Virus record (IMG/VR): IMGVR_UViG_3300018417_002450 | Origin: an uncultured virus (IMG/VR IMGVR_UViG_3300018417_002450) | Taxonomy: Duplodnaviria; Heunggongvirae; Uroviricota; Caudoviricetes | Reading direction: 5' to 3' (one strand) | DNA length: 64,000 nucleotides | Shown: positions 19,179 through 28,916 of the stretch, in pieces | Numbering within the stretch: the first letter of the stretch is position 1 | Layout of the letters: each line of letters begins with the position of its first letter | The notes under the pieces: model-generated | The model's database searches: none | The model's input: only the letters and a program-made list of their open reading frames with translations | What the model was told of the DNA's origin: nothing | Position numbers and translations under genes: made by a program

Positions 19179-19356
19179 TATATAATCCTTTGATTTCCAT
19201 CATACACGCTTTCGATTCCTCGTGATATCCCAATCTTGCGAGCTCCGACGCCGCTCTCGAATATCCCACTACTTGCGCCCAACGATCTACTGCAGACCAC
19301 AAGCCCGATAATGGCGCAAAGACATAATTTTTTGCTAAAACTGTCATTAAACCCAC
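19168..19356 (-). CDS. small hypothetical protein
   Basis: [19 protein letters not shown]; coupled to both neighbours. Confidence 0.65.
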   Translation of the reverse strand: MGLMTVLAKNYVFAPLSGLWSAVDRWAQVVGYSRAASELARLGYHEESKACMMEIKGLYNDR

Positions 19357-19592
19357 CCCTTTAGATTTTCGTTAACGATTTCATCATAATGATGTTTTGC
19401 AATTCCACGAATTGCACCACGATGTAAACCCATGTCGTTGAGTTCACGATCTGTAAGTTTTGAAAGTTCGTTGATTGTTTGTTTGGCAAGTTGGCGCGCG
19501 CGCCATTTAACTTTAATACCACGGAAGAAGAATACTACTTCTTGCAATGCAGGTGTTAGCCATCCTGCTACTGTTAAGACTGCTTGAGTCAT
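19347..19592 (-). CDS. DUF1127 (YjiS-like) protein
   Basis: RQLAKQTINELSKLTDRELNDMGLHRGAI. Confidence 0.85.
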   Translation of the reverse strand: MTQAVLTVAGWLTPALQEVVFFFRGIKVKWRARQLAKQTINELSKLTDRELNDMGLHRGAIRGIAKHHYDEIVNENLKGWV

Positions 19593-19748
19593 TTTTTGCT
19601 CCTAATGTATATGTAATGTATGTGATCCGATCTTAGACGACCGTCTAAGTTTAATCCTTTTTACAAATATATTTATTAGGAAAATAGGTAAATAAGGGTT
19701 ACTAATTCGGAATAGCCGCTATTCAACTGTGTCAACTGTGACAAAATG

Positions 19749-20132
19749 TTAAGTGGTATATCCAGCTTCTTTCGTAAGTTTCATTATGCAATGGAATTCT
19801 CCATCACCTATAATTCTTATGTCTCTATCTGAGTATACATCATCTACAAAGCCAACATATTCGTGAGAACCTGAGTTTACGAGATAGTAATGACCGTGCG
19901 CAGTTGCGCCATCCCATCGTGAGATGTCTATGTGTTTATTGTGTTTACAACCCCAAAAGATTTCTTTAATAGTTACTGAAGCCGTACCTGCGTCAAATGT
20001 TTCGCCACTAGCAACAAGGTCTGATAAAGCCACATCAATAGTATCACCAGACGAGTCTGTTACATATACTTTGATTACTGCTTCGTTATGAGATCGTTTT
20101 AAGTAGTGAACATTAGCCATTATTTCTGCCAT
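19749..20132 (-). CDS. hypothetical protein, likely structural (start may be 20120)
   Basis: Beta-rich ORF directly downstream of the ligase-like gene. Confidence 0.6.
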   Translation of the reverse strand: MAEIMANVHYLKRSHNEAVIKVYVTDSSGDTIDVALSDLVASGETFDAGTASVTIKEIFWGCKHNKHIDISRWDGATAHGHYYLVNSGSHEYVGFVDDVYSDRDIRIIGDGEFHCIMKLTKEAGYTT

Positions 20133-21349
20133 CCTTTAATGTATCGGTCAGAAAAATTAGCATTACTAAATTCAAGGCGATCAACCAGTTTGACTGCATT
20201 CTTACCCATTCGGTCAATTGCAACAAAGCCCTCTTGCTTTGTGACTTCATAACCATCCTTAGTTCTGAGGAATGTACCAATGCTTTTTGCACGATCTAAT
20301 TTACCGATAAGCATATGCTTTGCATCGATAAGCAAATTGTACAATTCAAACATTGCAGTAATCTGAGATTCTGGTGTGCGCTTAAAGTATTCTAATGTAG
20401 CGTCTTTTTTCTGACGTTGTGCAGCTTTACCTTTTTCGGTCTTACGAGTTGCTGCTTGCTTTTCGTAATAATCATCAATATAAGCAGTTAGATCCTTCGC
20501 CAGTTTACGAGGATTCTTAATTCGCTCACCAACGCGAATTTTACTGTTGACGAATGTTTTTACTTTTTGTAAAGTATCATCATTCTGAGAAATACCATCA
20601 AGAGTTTGTCTCTTAATTGTATTAAATTTCTTACCAGCAGCTGACAGGATTTTAGTAACCTGCTCAGTTTCTTTTTTGGTCAAGTTTGCTGTACCTGACA
20701 AATCTCTATACATGGCATCAACTGACCAAACGCCTTTTACTTTTTTGAGGCCAGACGCGATCTCCTCTCCAAAGCTTGCAGACATTTCTTCAAAGCTTGA
20801 TCCTCTGTATACTGTATGCCAGACCACTCCGATCTTGGATCTGAGAATTTCTTGACCGAGGTCTGATGATTTAGGTACCGCGTAAACGATCGTATTAGGA
20901 TGGAAAGTAATATGCGGTTCACCATCAATGTCCACTTCTTTGAGATCTTCTTTAGCATATAAAAAATCACCTTGTACTACACCCTTGATACCAAGCTTAG
21001 GTAGCTCAGTAAGGGCCAGTTTCAATTTTGTATTCAAATCACCCTTTGTATCCGCATCAATATCAGCCATTGTTTTGTATACTTTAGGGTTTTTATTAAA
21101 GATGCCTTTCTTAGCAACAAAGAACTTCTTGTCACTAGGATCAACACCTGCAAAAACAGCAGGAGCTCCGTCCCACTTAACAGTTACATTTACACGAGAC
21201 GTGCTACCACCAGCGAGCATATCACGCAATGCACGAAGAAAGTTAATCGATTGACGAGTACCTTCTACACCATTATTTAAGATATTATCCTCTAGGTGTT
21301 CCATATGAGTATTCTTAGACTCATTTAAATATTGTTTAAATGTTAACAT
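20120..21349 (-). CDS. ligase/nucleotidyltransferase-superfamily protein (DUF6267-like) with CTS-like N-terminus
   Basis: Motif I TVKWDGAP, III VVQGDFLY, IV QEGFVA, V AVKLV; MLTFKQYLNE. Confidence 0.7.
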   Translation of the reverse strand: MLTFKQYLNESKNTHMEHLEDNILNNGVEGTRQSINFLRALRDMLAGGSTSRVNVTVKWDGAPAVFAGVDPSDKKFFVAKKGIFNKNPKVYKTMADIDADTKGDLNTKLKLALTELPKLGIKGVVQGDFLYAKEDLKEVDIDGEPHITFHPNTIVYAVPKSSDLGQEILRSKIGVVWHTVYRGSSFEEMSASFGEEIASGLKKVKGVWSVDAMYRDLSGTANLTKKETEQVTKILSAAGKKFNTIKRQTLDGISQNDDTLQKVKTFVNSKIRVGERIKNPRKLAKDLTAYIDDYYEKQAATRKTEKGKAAQRQKKDATLEYFKRTPESQITAMFELYNLLIDAKHMLIGKLDRAKSIGTFLRTKDGYEVTKQEGFVAIDRMGKNAVKLVDRLEFSNANFSDRYIKGWQK

Positions 21350-22127
21350 TAAATAGTCCTTTGAGTGTTTCCATCATTTTTTCTGAGTTAATGCTAACAG
21401 TTTTACCTACTGTTGGAGCAATGTTATGAGGAGAGTTTTTTGATCTTGGTATAGAAAAGCTCATTTCAAAAGTAAATTGATAACTACCGCCACCTTTAGA
21501 TTGTACACGAGCTCTATAACCTGCTTTTGCAGCAGTTCCAAATCTAGGTACATTATTTAATTTAAGAGGATTTTGTGTACCAAGTAAATAGAATCCATTA
21601 GTTCCAACATTTACATAATATGTTTTCTTTTTATTATAATAATCTTCAATTTTAGTTGCCGGAATATTTCCCTTCATTTCTGGAAACCGTTCTCGCTCTG
21701 CGGTGTATTTAGATCTTTTATCTAAATCTTTTATTTCATCTAAAACTTTTTGATTCTTTGTAAACTTATAAGGTTCGTTTTTCCATTGCTTATTCAGCTG
21801 ATCAATAATTCCAACTTCTTTGGCGAGTTCTATAATGAATAGCTTTTCGTCATCAGTTTCTCCTTCTTTACCAATAGACCATCCAGCTTTAGGATCCCAC
21901 TTCATTACAAGTGAACCCGCAGAGGCTGCTGTAATTTTAAGTTCACAACCTGCTTGTTTAGAAGAACCTGGAAGTTTAATCATTAGATCTGGAATATCGC
22001 TACCAGCTCCGGCCGGAGTAAATGATTTAGGAACCACATCATATGGCTTCAATGCGGCGGCTGCATTATTTTCATATTGAAAACCTTGCTGAGCAGCTTC
22101 TGTAATATATTTTTTAAAGGTAAGCAT
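21336..22127 (-). CDS. PD-(D/E)XK nuclease-like protein with CTS-like N-terminus
   Basis: GFQYE...IPDLMI...GCELK; MLTFKKYITE. Confidence 0.6.
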   Translation of the reverse strand: MLTFKKYITEAAQQGFQYENNAAAALKPYDVVPKSFTPAGAGSDIPDLMIKLPGSSKQAGCELKITAASAGSLVMKWDPKAGWSIGKEGETDDEKLFIIELAKEVGIIDQLNKQWKNEPYKFTKNQKVLDEIKDLDKRSKYTAERERFPEMKGNIPATKIEDYYNKKKTYYVNVGTNGFYLLGTQNPLKLNNVPRFGTAAKAGYRARVQSKGGGSYQFTFEMSFSIPRSKNSPHNIAPTVGKTVSINSEKMMETLKGLFNVNI

Positions 22128-22927
22128 TAGGTAGATCTTACTCTTGAATGTGTAAATGGATTTTTCTTTTTAGTACCAGGTTTAATAGAGTAAGGACTGC
22201 TTTCCATAGTTTTAACTTTAACTTCTGGCTGAATTTCGTACTGTTTAGAACGAATACCAACTCTCATACGAAAATCGCCTTTTCCTCCAAACATAGGAAC
22301 ATCAGAAGCCACACCCAATGGATCTTCATTACTCAATCTGTAAAAATCGTCTGCAGCTTGCAAGTAATATGCTGCTTCTGTTTTACCGCCTTTAGAATAA
22401 TGGTCTCTAACAACTAAGCCAAGATCTTGATTTGGTACTGTAACAATATACTGATCACGCTGTTTTGCCATATAAGCTTTCATTTCTTCGTGATTTACAG
22501 TATCAGGATCGTTCTTTTGAGGGCCAATATTTGTATTAAGCTTTTTCTTACCAGTTGCTTTTAAAATATCAGATACAAATTTATTAGCATGTTTCTTTAA
22601 CATCTTTGCAATGTAAACTTTCAAAGGACCCATCTTGCCAGCAAGAGGACCCTTTTTCTCTGGAGCTGAAGTCCATTTACTTCCGTCATAAGAAGCACGA
22701 GTATTACCAAGGTTGTCAGTATGGTTCATCTTAACTTCTATCCATACTTTTTTACCTTGGTGTTTTACTAAGACGTCTGAATAAGTAGAATCAACTCTAG
22801 GTCTTGAAGCATCAAAACCCATTTTGTTTAGCTCGCTTGCAACATCGTTTTCGAACTTATCTGATGCTCTACTTTCACGTAAAGATTCTCTGTCGTCGGC
22901 ATATTGCCTAAATCTCATTAAAGACAT
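22127..22927 (-). CDS. PD-(D/E)XK nuclease-like protein
   Basis: DKFENDVA...YSDVLV...WIEVKM. Confidence 0.62.
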   Translation of the reverse strand: MSLMRFRQYADDRESLRESRASDKFENDVASELNKMGFDASRPRVDSTYSDVLVKHQGKKVWIEVKMNHTDNLGNTRASYDGSKWTSAPEKKGPLAGKMGPLKVYIAKMLKKHANKFVSDILKATGKKKLNTNIGPQKNDPDTVNHEEMKAYMAKQRDQYIVTVPNQDLGLVVRDHYSKGGKTEAAYYLQAADDFYRLSNEDPLGVASDVPMFGGKGDFRMRVGIRSKQYEIQPEVKVKTMESSPYSIKPGTKKKNPFTHSRVRST

Positions 22928-22952
22928 GAAATCACTCTTAATTGTTTTACTT

Positions 22953-22960
22953 TATTTATA
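22953..22960 (-). promoter_or_regulatory. T4 late promoter TATAAATA
   Basis: Exact motif upstream of the 22927 start. Confidence 0.7.
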
Positions 22961-22964
22961 AGAG

Positions 22965-24383
22965 CTATGAAATGCCACCAGCAGAGAATAATGTTTTCTT
23001 ACTTTGACCGAAAGCAGATTTATCAAAAACAGGTGAATCATTGCTTGGACTACCAAATGCAGTATTTGCAACTGATTGGGCATTGCTTACATTGCGTTGA
23101 GCACTTTCTTCTAGATTATAGAGTTGCATTTTAGCACGATCAATACCGACGACAAATCTACGATAGTAACTTAGATCACCCCAACGATTCTTGAGCTGCT
23201 TAATCATGAGTTGGCCAAGGTTGTCTAGTTCTTCGGATGATATAAGTCCAAGTATACAGTCAGCAGTATGAGTAATCCCCATAGACTCAGATGTATTGGT
23301 AAGATCCACATCGGAGTTACCGTAACCATCGCGATTAAATTGAGAGCTAGTAACAACGCTACAATTATATTCCATCGCAAGACCACGTACCTCCTCTGCA
23401 ATTGACTTGACTAGCGTATATGAATTAGCTGCTGCAGCACCTTTTACTCTAGCGCTTGCACATATATTTAGGTAATCGATCATAATGATATCTGGCTTGA
23501 AGTTTCGTTTCATACGAAGCTCAGTGAGTAGATGTCTGAAGTGACCGACATGAGCAGAGCCAGTTGGATATTCTTTTACAACAAGCTTGCCCGTAGATTT
23601 ACCTTTGATGCGTTCAAGACGTTTGTTGTAAACATCTCGTGGCATCTCAGATACTTCATCGATTGTAACATCAAGAAGGTTAGCGTCAATACGTTCTGAG
23701 ATACGTTCTTCAGCCATTTCCATAGTAATATAAAGAACATTCTTACCAGCAAGTAACGCGTTAGCTGCCATATGACACTTGACAAGTGATTTACCACCAC
23801 CTGTTGTTGCCAATAGTACAGTCATAGATTTACGAGGTAAGCCACCCTTAGTAATCTTGTTGAGTAGCTCAATGTCGAATGGAATACGTTCTTCTTTCTT
23901 ATGATAGAAATCATATCGAGCTTCATAGTCTTCAAGGAAGTCGTGACCTACACTTGTATCAAAGCTAATACTCAAAGAATCTTGAAGCAATCCTGGCAAT
24001 GCATCTTTACCGAGAGTAGATTCAGTGCCATCCACCACCAGGATTGCTTTTCGAATTGCATTAAATAGATCTCGATCTTGACAGAACTTCTCGGTCTCAG
24101 ACACGAGCCAATCAAAGTCTGTTTGTTCATCAACTTTGAGTTGGTCAAGGCTCGCCATTACATTTTTGTAACTATCTTCATTTAGATCTTTACGTTTATC
24201 AATGACGAGTTTGAGAACCTCCACAGAGGGAGGCTCTCGATACTCTTCTACATACTCAGAGTATGCATCGAATATTTTTTGAAGATTGCCATCTTCGAAG
24301 TAATCCTTTTTAATATAAGGATATACTTTACGAAAATAATCTTCGTTGTAAACAAGGTTAGATACTACTGTATTCTCAATCAT
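22965..24383 (-). CDS. 41: T4 gp41 replicative helicase
   Basis: ATTGGGKS Walker A, YITMEMAE, KEYPTGSA, IDYLNIC, SESMG, KNRWGD. Confidence 0.95.
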   Translation of the reverse strand: MIENTVVSNLVYNEDYFRKVYPYIKKDYFEDGNLQKIFDAYSEYVEEYREPPSVEVLKLVIDKRKDLNEDSYKNVMASLDQLKVDEQTDFDWLVSETEKFCQDRDLFNAIRKAILVVDGTESTLGKDALPGLLQDSLSISFDTSVGHDFLEDYEARYDFYHKKEERIPFDIELLNKITKGGLPRKSMTVLLATTGGGKSLVKCHMAANALLAGKNVLYITMEMAEERISERIDANLLDVTIDEVSEMPRDVYNKRLERIKGKSTGKLVVKEYPTGSAHVGHFRHLLTELRMKRNFKPDIIMIDYLNICASARVKGAAAANSYTLVKSIAEEVRGLAMEYNCSVVTSSQFNRDGYGNSDVDLTNTSESMGITHTADCILGLISSEELDNLGQLMIKQLKNRWGDLSYYRRFVVGIDRAKMQLYNLEESAQRNVSNAQSVANTAFGSPSNDSPVFDKSAFGQSKKTLFSAGGIS

Positions 24384-25461
24384 CTTCCACCACTTCTTCT
24401 AGCACTTCATTATTGGATTCGTCGTCTTCACGCATAATACTACCGGATGCACCAATGGTAAACGCGTCTTTAATATATTTAGAAAAATCTGTCTTCTCTA
24501 ACATATTAAGCCAAAACTCAGAATTGTCAACAATTTCTTTTGCTCGAAGAAGTTTTTCGGAAAGAAGCTCACCTGTTTCAGGATTTACTGCTTCATACCA
24601 ACCAACCTTTGGTTTGCGTAGATAACCACCAGCTTCGGCGATTTCCATTAAACCAGACCATTTAACAATACCACCTTCCCAAGATACTGAGATTGGAATC
24701 TTAGATTTCTCTTTTACATGGCGAGACTTTTCGATGTTAATCACAAAGTGGTAGCCTGTAATTTCTGTGCCAACCTTTTCTTGACGTCGACCGATGATCC
24801 AAATAGCATCTGCTGAATAGTAGATACCTGTACCACCTGATACAACATCCTTAGGAAACAGACCAATCTCTTTATAAGTGTGATTGACTGCGATAAGTGG
24901 AATGTCTTTAAGATTGAGATGTGGTGTAACAATACGGAACAAAGACTTAAGAGCTTTTGCACGAGACATATCAGCAACTGATTTACCGTCAAGCGCATCT
25001 TCAACTTCTTTCTTAGATGCAAGGTTACCAACTGAATCGATAACGATCATGACTTTATCGCCCTTCTCGATCTTATCCAGCTGTTGTGTAATATCAAACT
25101 TAAGCTCTTCAGCATTGGTAACTGGCGTGTGTACTACACGATTCATATCAATACCAAAGGATTCAAAGTATGCTTGAGGTGTACCAAACTCTGAATCATA
25201 AAACAGAAGAACTGCGTCTTCATTCTTTTTCAAAAAAGCAGCTGCCATTAGAAGAGCAAAAGCTGATTTAAAGTGCTTTGATGGACCAGCCAAGACCAAA
25301 AGGCCAGGACTTACACCGCCATCAATACGGCCAGACAACGCTACGTTCACCATAGGAACTGACGTCGGAGCCATTTCTTTCTTACCAAAGACTTTCGATT
25401 CCGCAATGGGAGCCGTCATCTTAATAGTAGAATTTTTTACCAATTTGTCTAATAGACTCAT
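24376..25461 (-). CDS. uvsX: UvsX RecA-like recombinase
   Basis: AGPSKHFKS, YDSEFG, DSVGNLASKKE, SGGTGIYYSAD. Confidence 0.96.
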   Translation of the reverse strand: MSLLDKLVKNSTIKMTAPIAESKVFGKKEMAPTSVPMVNVALSGRIDGGVSPGLLVLAGPSKHFKSAFALLMAAAFLKKNEDAVLLFYDSEFGTPQAYFESFGIDMNRVVHTPVTNAEELKFDITQQLDKIEKGDKVMIVIDSVGNLASKKEVEDALDGKSVADMSRAKALKSLFRIVTPHLNLKDIPLIAVNHTYKEIGLFPKDVVSGGTGIYYSADAIWIIGRRQEKVGTEITGYHFVINIEKSRHVKEKSKIPISVSWEGGIVKWSGLMEIAEAGGYLRKPKVGWYEAVNPETGELLSEKLLRAKEIVDNSEFWLNMLEKTDFSKYIKDAFTIGASGSIMREDDESNNEVLEEVVEDD

Positions 25462-25462
25462 A

Positions 25463-25789
25463 TTAACTTCCTTCTACAATCTTAAGCAATTTTCCTTTAT
25501 AGGCCTCGATCTTGGCAACTCGATCTGGCCAGTAAATAGTTGATTTATCCGAATTCTTACACAGGTTGTCTAAGAACGGAGAGATAGATTTATATAGAAG
25601 TTCTAATCGATATTCAAGATCGTCAGCTTTGACTTTAGCATCGGTGAGTTGATCCTCAAGTGATTGCTTTTCAGAGCTGACTTCTTGAATCTTTTGTTCG
25701 GCCTCAGCTTCTTTTTCTTGAAGCTCTTCATCAATAAAGCTGAAGCCGAAATCAAAGTCTAGAACTTCTTCGTAGACTTTATTAGCCAT
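25463..25789 (-). CDS. hypothetical coiled-coil protein
   Basis: FDFGFSFIDE...PFLDNL...IYWPDR. Confidence 0.7.
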   Translation of the reverse strand: MANKVYEEVLDFDFGFSFIDEELQEKEAEAEQKIQEVSSEKQSLEDQLTDAKVKADDLEYRLELLYKSISPFLDNLCKNSDKSTIYWPDRVAKIEAYKGKLLKIVEGS

Positions 25790-26705
25790 TAGCTAGTTCC
25801 TTAAAGATTGATAGATCATCGTCATCATCCATTGAAAGATTAGAAACTGGTTCTGGTGCCGCAGCTGGCATAGTTGGCTGAGGCGCAGCTTGTTGGGTAT
25901 TACCCATGCTGCTTAGATCAAACTCATCATCATCTTCAGCTGTAGTTGGTGTAGAAGGTTCTTCATCAAGTGCAAGTACTCGATAAAGCTTTGCTTTCAA
26001 CTCAGCATATGATTTAAAGTTTTTCGGATCAACCAATTCCTGCAATGAATGCTCTTGGTTATAGATGCGTTCCAACGCTGCGTCATCATCAGACAATGCT
26101 GAAGGAGCATCGAATTCTGATTTATCATAGTTTGGATAACCTTCGAACTGGCGAATTTTCAGGCGAAAGTTAGCACCTTCCCATAGATCAAATGGGTTTA
26201 CTGGAGTTTCATCTTCAAACTGAGGATTCATTAGATCATTCAGCTTGTCGAAGATTTTCTTACCGAACTGATAAAGGAATACTTTACCGTCGTTTTCTGG
26301 GTTTGCACCATCCTTAATTACCTGGATGTTAGCAACATACTTCAGACGACGCTTTTGCTTACGCGCAAGATCTTTGTCTGAATCGATACCAGAATTCCAC
26401 AGCTTAGAGTTATACTCAGAAACTGGATCATCTTGGTTAATAGTAGTAAGGGAATTTTCGATGTACCATAGACCTGTTGGGCCTTGGAAACCGTGATCCC
26501 AGATACGAACGAATGGCATTTCTTCACCAGCAGGTGCAGGCAAGAAACGAATAATAGCAAAACCATTACCAGCTTTATCGCGGGTTGGTTTCCAGAATTT
26601 ACCTTCGTTGGGATCTGAGTAGCTCTTTGTAGAAATTTTTTCGAGCTGGCTGTTCAATTTGTCGAGTGACGATGAACGGTTCTTTTTGAGTGCATCAAAT
26701 GACAT
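25782..26705 (-). CDS. 32: T4 gp32 single-stranded DNA-binding protein
   Basis: GNGFAIIRFLP, WYIENSLTT, GKKIFDK, GANFRLKI, NYDKSEF; acidic tail. Confidence 0.95.
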   Translation of the reverse strand: MSFDALKKNRSSSLDKLNSQLEKISTKSYSDPNEGKFWKPTRDKAGNGFAIIRFLPAPAGEEMPFVRIWDHGFQGPTGLWYIENSLTTINQDDPVSEYNSKLWNSGIDSDKDLARKQKRRLKYVANIQVIKDGANPENDGKVFLYQFGKKIFDKLNDLMNPQFEDETPVNPFDLWEGANFRLKIRQFEGYPNYDKSEFDAPSALSDDDAALERIYNQEHSLQELVDPKNFKSYAELKAKLYRVLALDEEPSTPTTAEDDDEFDLSSMGNTQQAAPQPTMPAAAPEPVSNLSMDDDDDLSIFKELANG

Positions 26706-26782
26706 ACGTATTCTCCTTGTATTGCAATGTATGTTTAGTATAAGCGAAATATGTGTCGGACCATCCGACCATACTATTTATA

Positions 26783-27385
26783 TCAGAAAAATCGTTTTCG
26801 GACAAGATCTTTAAACTTTTTTTCATCAATCTCTAAGAAAGGTCTATACTTCCTTATGAGTTTTATTATATCACCTGCTACGATTTTGTCAACTATTTCT
26901 TTGTCCCAATAGGGAAAAATATTTGATATCGTAGCAAGGATAGTAATTGTTTCAAGAGTAATTTTTTGTTGCAGATATAGTGTGATGAGAAGCGGATGCT
27001 GCCCATTTACCGAAGTAAAATTAGCTTGATAATTATCATCAAGTTGATTTAGATCTTGACTGAAAACACGAGACAAAGAATCCATCTTGCGTTGCCATTC
27101 AGTATATCGATCTTCACCTTCTTGCTCTAAGATAGCACGAATCCAAATATCTGGCTTTACAATAAAGTTTGCAAGCATCAGCTTTTCTGGATTGTCTCTT
27201 TCTGAGAGTTTTGCGAAAAAATAAGCATCATTACGAGTACGAAACTTGTCATATGATGCTCTGATTTTTCCGTTGTATTTGTGATAATCGTAGCTAGCTT
27301 GAGTGAAGTGCTTCTTCATTGCTAGGTATTTTACATACCAGTAATAAGAATCCTCATTCGCATAACTTAGTGATGTCCGGATCAT
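26783..27385 (-). CDS. 59: T4 gp59 helicase loader
   Basis: YLAMKKHFT..YDYHKYNGK...RNDAYFFAKLS...ITLET. Confidence 0.88.
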   Translation of the reverse strand: MIRTSLSYANEDSYYWYVKYLAMKKHFTQASYDYHKYNGKIRASYDKFRTRNDAYFFAKLSERDNPEKLMLANFIVKPDIWIRAILEQEGEDRYTEWQRKMDSLSRVFSQDLNQLDDNYQANFTSVNGQHPLLITLYLQQKITLETITILATISNIFPYWDKEIVDKIVAGDIIKLIRKYRPFLEIDEKKFKDLVRKRFF

Positions 27386-27605
27386 CCGAGTGTACCATTT
27401 TCAATTCTACAGCTTCAGATCTTACTTTTTCTTTTAAGATCGAAGACTTTTTCACAATATCGGCAACTGTTTCGATTTCGAGCTCATTAATCCGAGCGTA
27501 TTCACAAAGTGCATCAATATAGTTTGTACCTTTAGATAGCATCTCTTGAATTTCGTGATGAACTCGTTCGGGCGTGCGAGGTTTAACTGACATAATACTA
27601 TCCAT
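27354..27605 (-). CDS. 33: T4 gp33 late transcription coactivator
   Basis: YIDALCEY...IETVADIV...LKEKVRSEA; adjacent to gp59 as in T4. Confidence 0.8.
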   Translation of the reverse strand: MDSIMSVKPRTPERVHHEIQEMLSKGTNYIDALCEYARINELEIETVADIVKKSSILKEKVRSEAVELKMVHSDDPDITKLCE

Positions 27606-27807
27606 TTAGTGTTTTAATACCCGCTAGCCAATTGTTTGCTGCATCCTCTACGTAATGCACGCTATGGCCCATAATTACTTCCTCTTTAATAAATTGCCCG
27701 TTAATAAAATAGTTAATAGTATAACCTTGTCCAGCTGTATAGATTTCGGCTCTTAACTGTTGACCGTCTTTTTCACCGAGAAACTGATTGACCAAATTGT
27801 TGCTCAT
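27598..27807 (-). CDS. hypothetical protein
   Basis: RBS; HSVHYVEDAANNW. Confidence 0.6.
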   Translation of the reverse strand: MSNNLVNQFLGEKDGQQLRAEIYTAGQGYTINYFINGQFIKEEVIMGHSVHYVEDAANNWLAGIKTLNG

Positions 27808-27979
27808 GCCTGCTCTCCTTTATATGTTTAATATATGACGTGGGTTCCTTTTGTGAACCACAGTTTTTACAAAATGTAACATGTACTATATATTTGTGCC
27901 TACCAAACATAATGTATGTTGTTCCACTTGTTATATTTACTGTATCACAACATCCCTGACCTGTCAACTGTTTTTCCAT
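27773..27979 (-). CDS. hypothetical protein with CxxC
   Basis: RBS AAGGA; FCKNCGS. Confidence 0.45.
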   Translation of the reverse strand: MEKQLTGQGCCDTVNITSGTTYIMFGRHKYIVHVTFCKNCGSQKEPTSYIKHIKESRHEQQFGQSVSR

Positions 27980-27990
27980 TTATATTTCCT

Positions 27991-28275
27991 TTATACCGCA
28001 AAACTTTCACCGCAACCGCAAGAAGCTGTTGCATTTGGGTTAACTACTTTTAAATAGGAGCCACCCAGCTCTTCAACGTAATCAATCGTACAGCCAAAAA
28101 TAAACATTTCAGCCATAGGATCTAGCCACAAATTTTCAATAGTAGGATCTTTATCAGTAACACCCCACTCATATTGAAAACCAGAACAACCTCCGCCTTT
28201 TACGGTAAGTGATACATTTGGTTTCCCAACCTTTTTAAGATAAACTTTAGCATTTTCTGTTACAGTTAAATTCAT
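27991..28275 (-). CDS. A-type Fe-S cluster carrier (IscA/HesB)
   Basis: GGGCSGFQY, IDY, NPNATASCGCGESF. Confidence 0.92.
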   Translation of the reverse strand: MNLTVTENAKVYLKKVGKPNVSLTVKGGGCSGFQYEWGVTDKDPTIENLWLDPMAEMFIFGCTIDYVEELGGSYLKVVNPNATASCGCGESFAV

Positions 28276-28916
28276 TCCATACTGCTTTCTTCCTTAGTTT
28301 TATATTGCCATTCATCAGTATGTCCTACAGACCACTTTGGTTCGTCTTCTACAGCATAGTTTTGAGTGCAAACCTTAAAGTCAGGACGCTTTAAATCGGA
28401 AGGTGTTAGCGAGCTATCTCGCCAGATAACGCGGTTATTGGGCTGGGCTGCAAACTGTCCGTTGTCAAGTCTAATGACATTGAATGACTTATGTTCGGGA
28501 TCGTGCTCTGAAAAGTTGGTGTTAAGGACCGACTTGTCGCGATGGGCGTTATCAATGGTAAATTCATATTCACCAGCGTGCATTCTGCGATCCTTTCCAA
28601 AAAATTCACATCTGCACAATATGGGTTTTTCGATAACAGTGATATCGTAGTCAAAGCAATCCCAAAGCTGAAGCACGTCAAGAGGAAGAAGCTCACCATG
28701 ATCTGTTTTCCAGAGGAAAGCTGAGATAGGTAGTTTATCATATAAAGCACCATAGTCTGTTAGTAATGTTTCAAAATAGAGAGCTTTACTCATAGTGCTT
28801 TTAACACTGATCCAGATTCCTGGCGTAAGTTCTCCGTGACCTTTTTCTAGGTCATACAAATATTCCTTGCGAACATATACATTCACAGGCGGCAGAGGGT
28901 GTACTAAAAAAGCCAT
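28272..28916 (-). CDS. conserved hypothetical protein
   Basis: YVRKEYLYD...GALYDKLPISAF...LQLWDCF...GQFAAQPNNR. Confidence 0.75.
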   Translation of the reverse strand: MAFLVHPLPPVNVYVRKEYLYDLEKGHGELTPGIWISVKSTMSKALYFETLLTDYGALYDKLPISAFLWKTDHGELLPLDVLQLWDCFDYDITVIEKPILCRCEFFGKDRRMHAGEYEFTIDNAHRDKSVLNTNFSEHDPEHKSFNVIRLDNGQFAAQPNNRVIWRDSSLTPSDLKRPDFKVCTQNYAVEDEPKWSVGHTDEWQYKTKEESSME

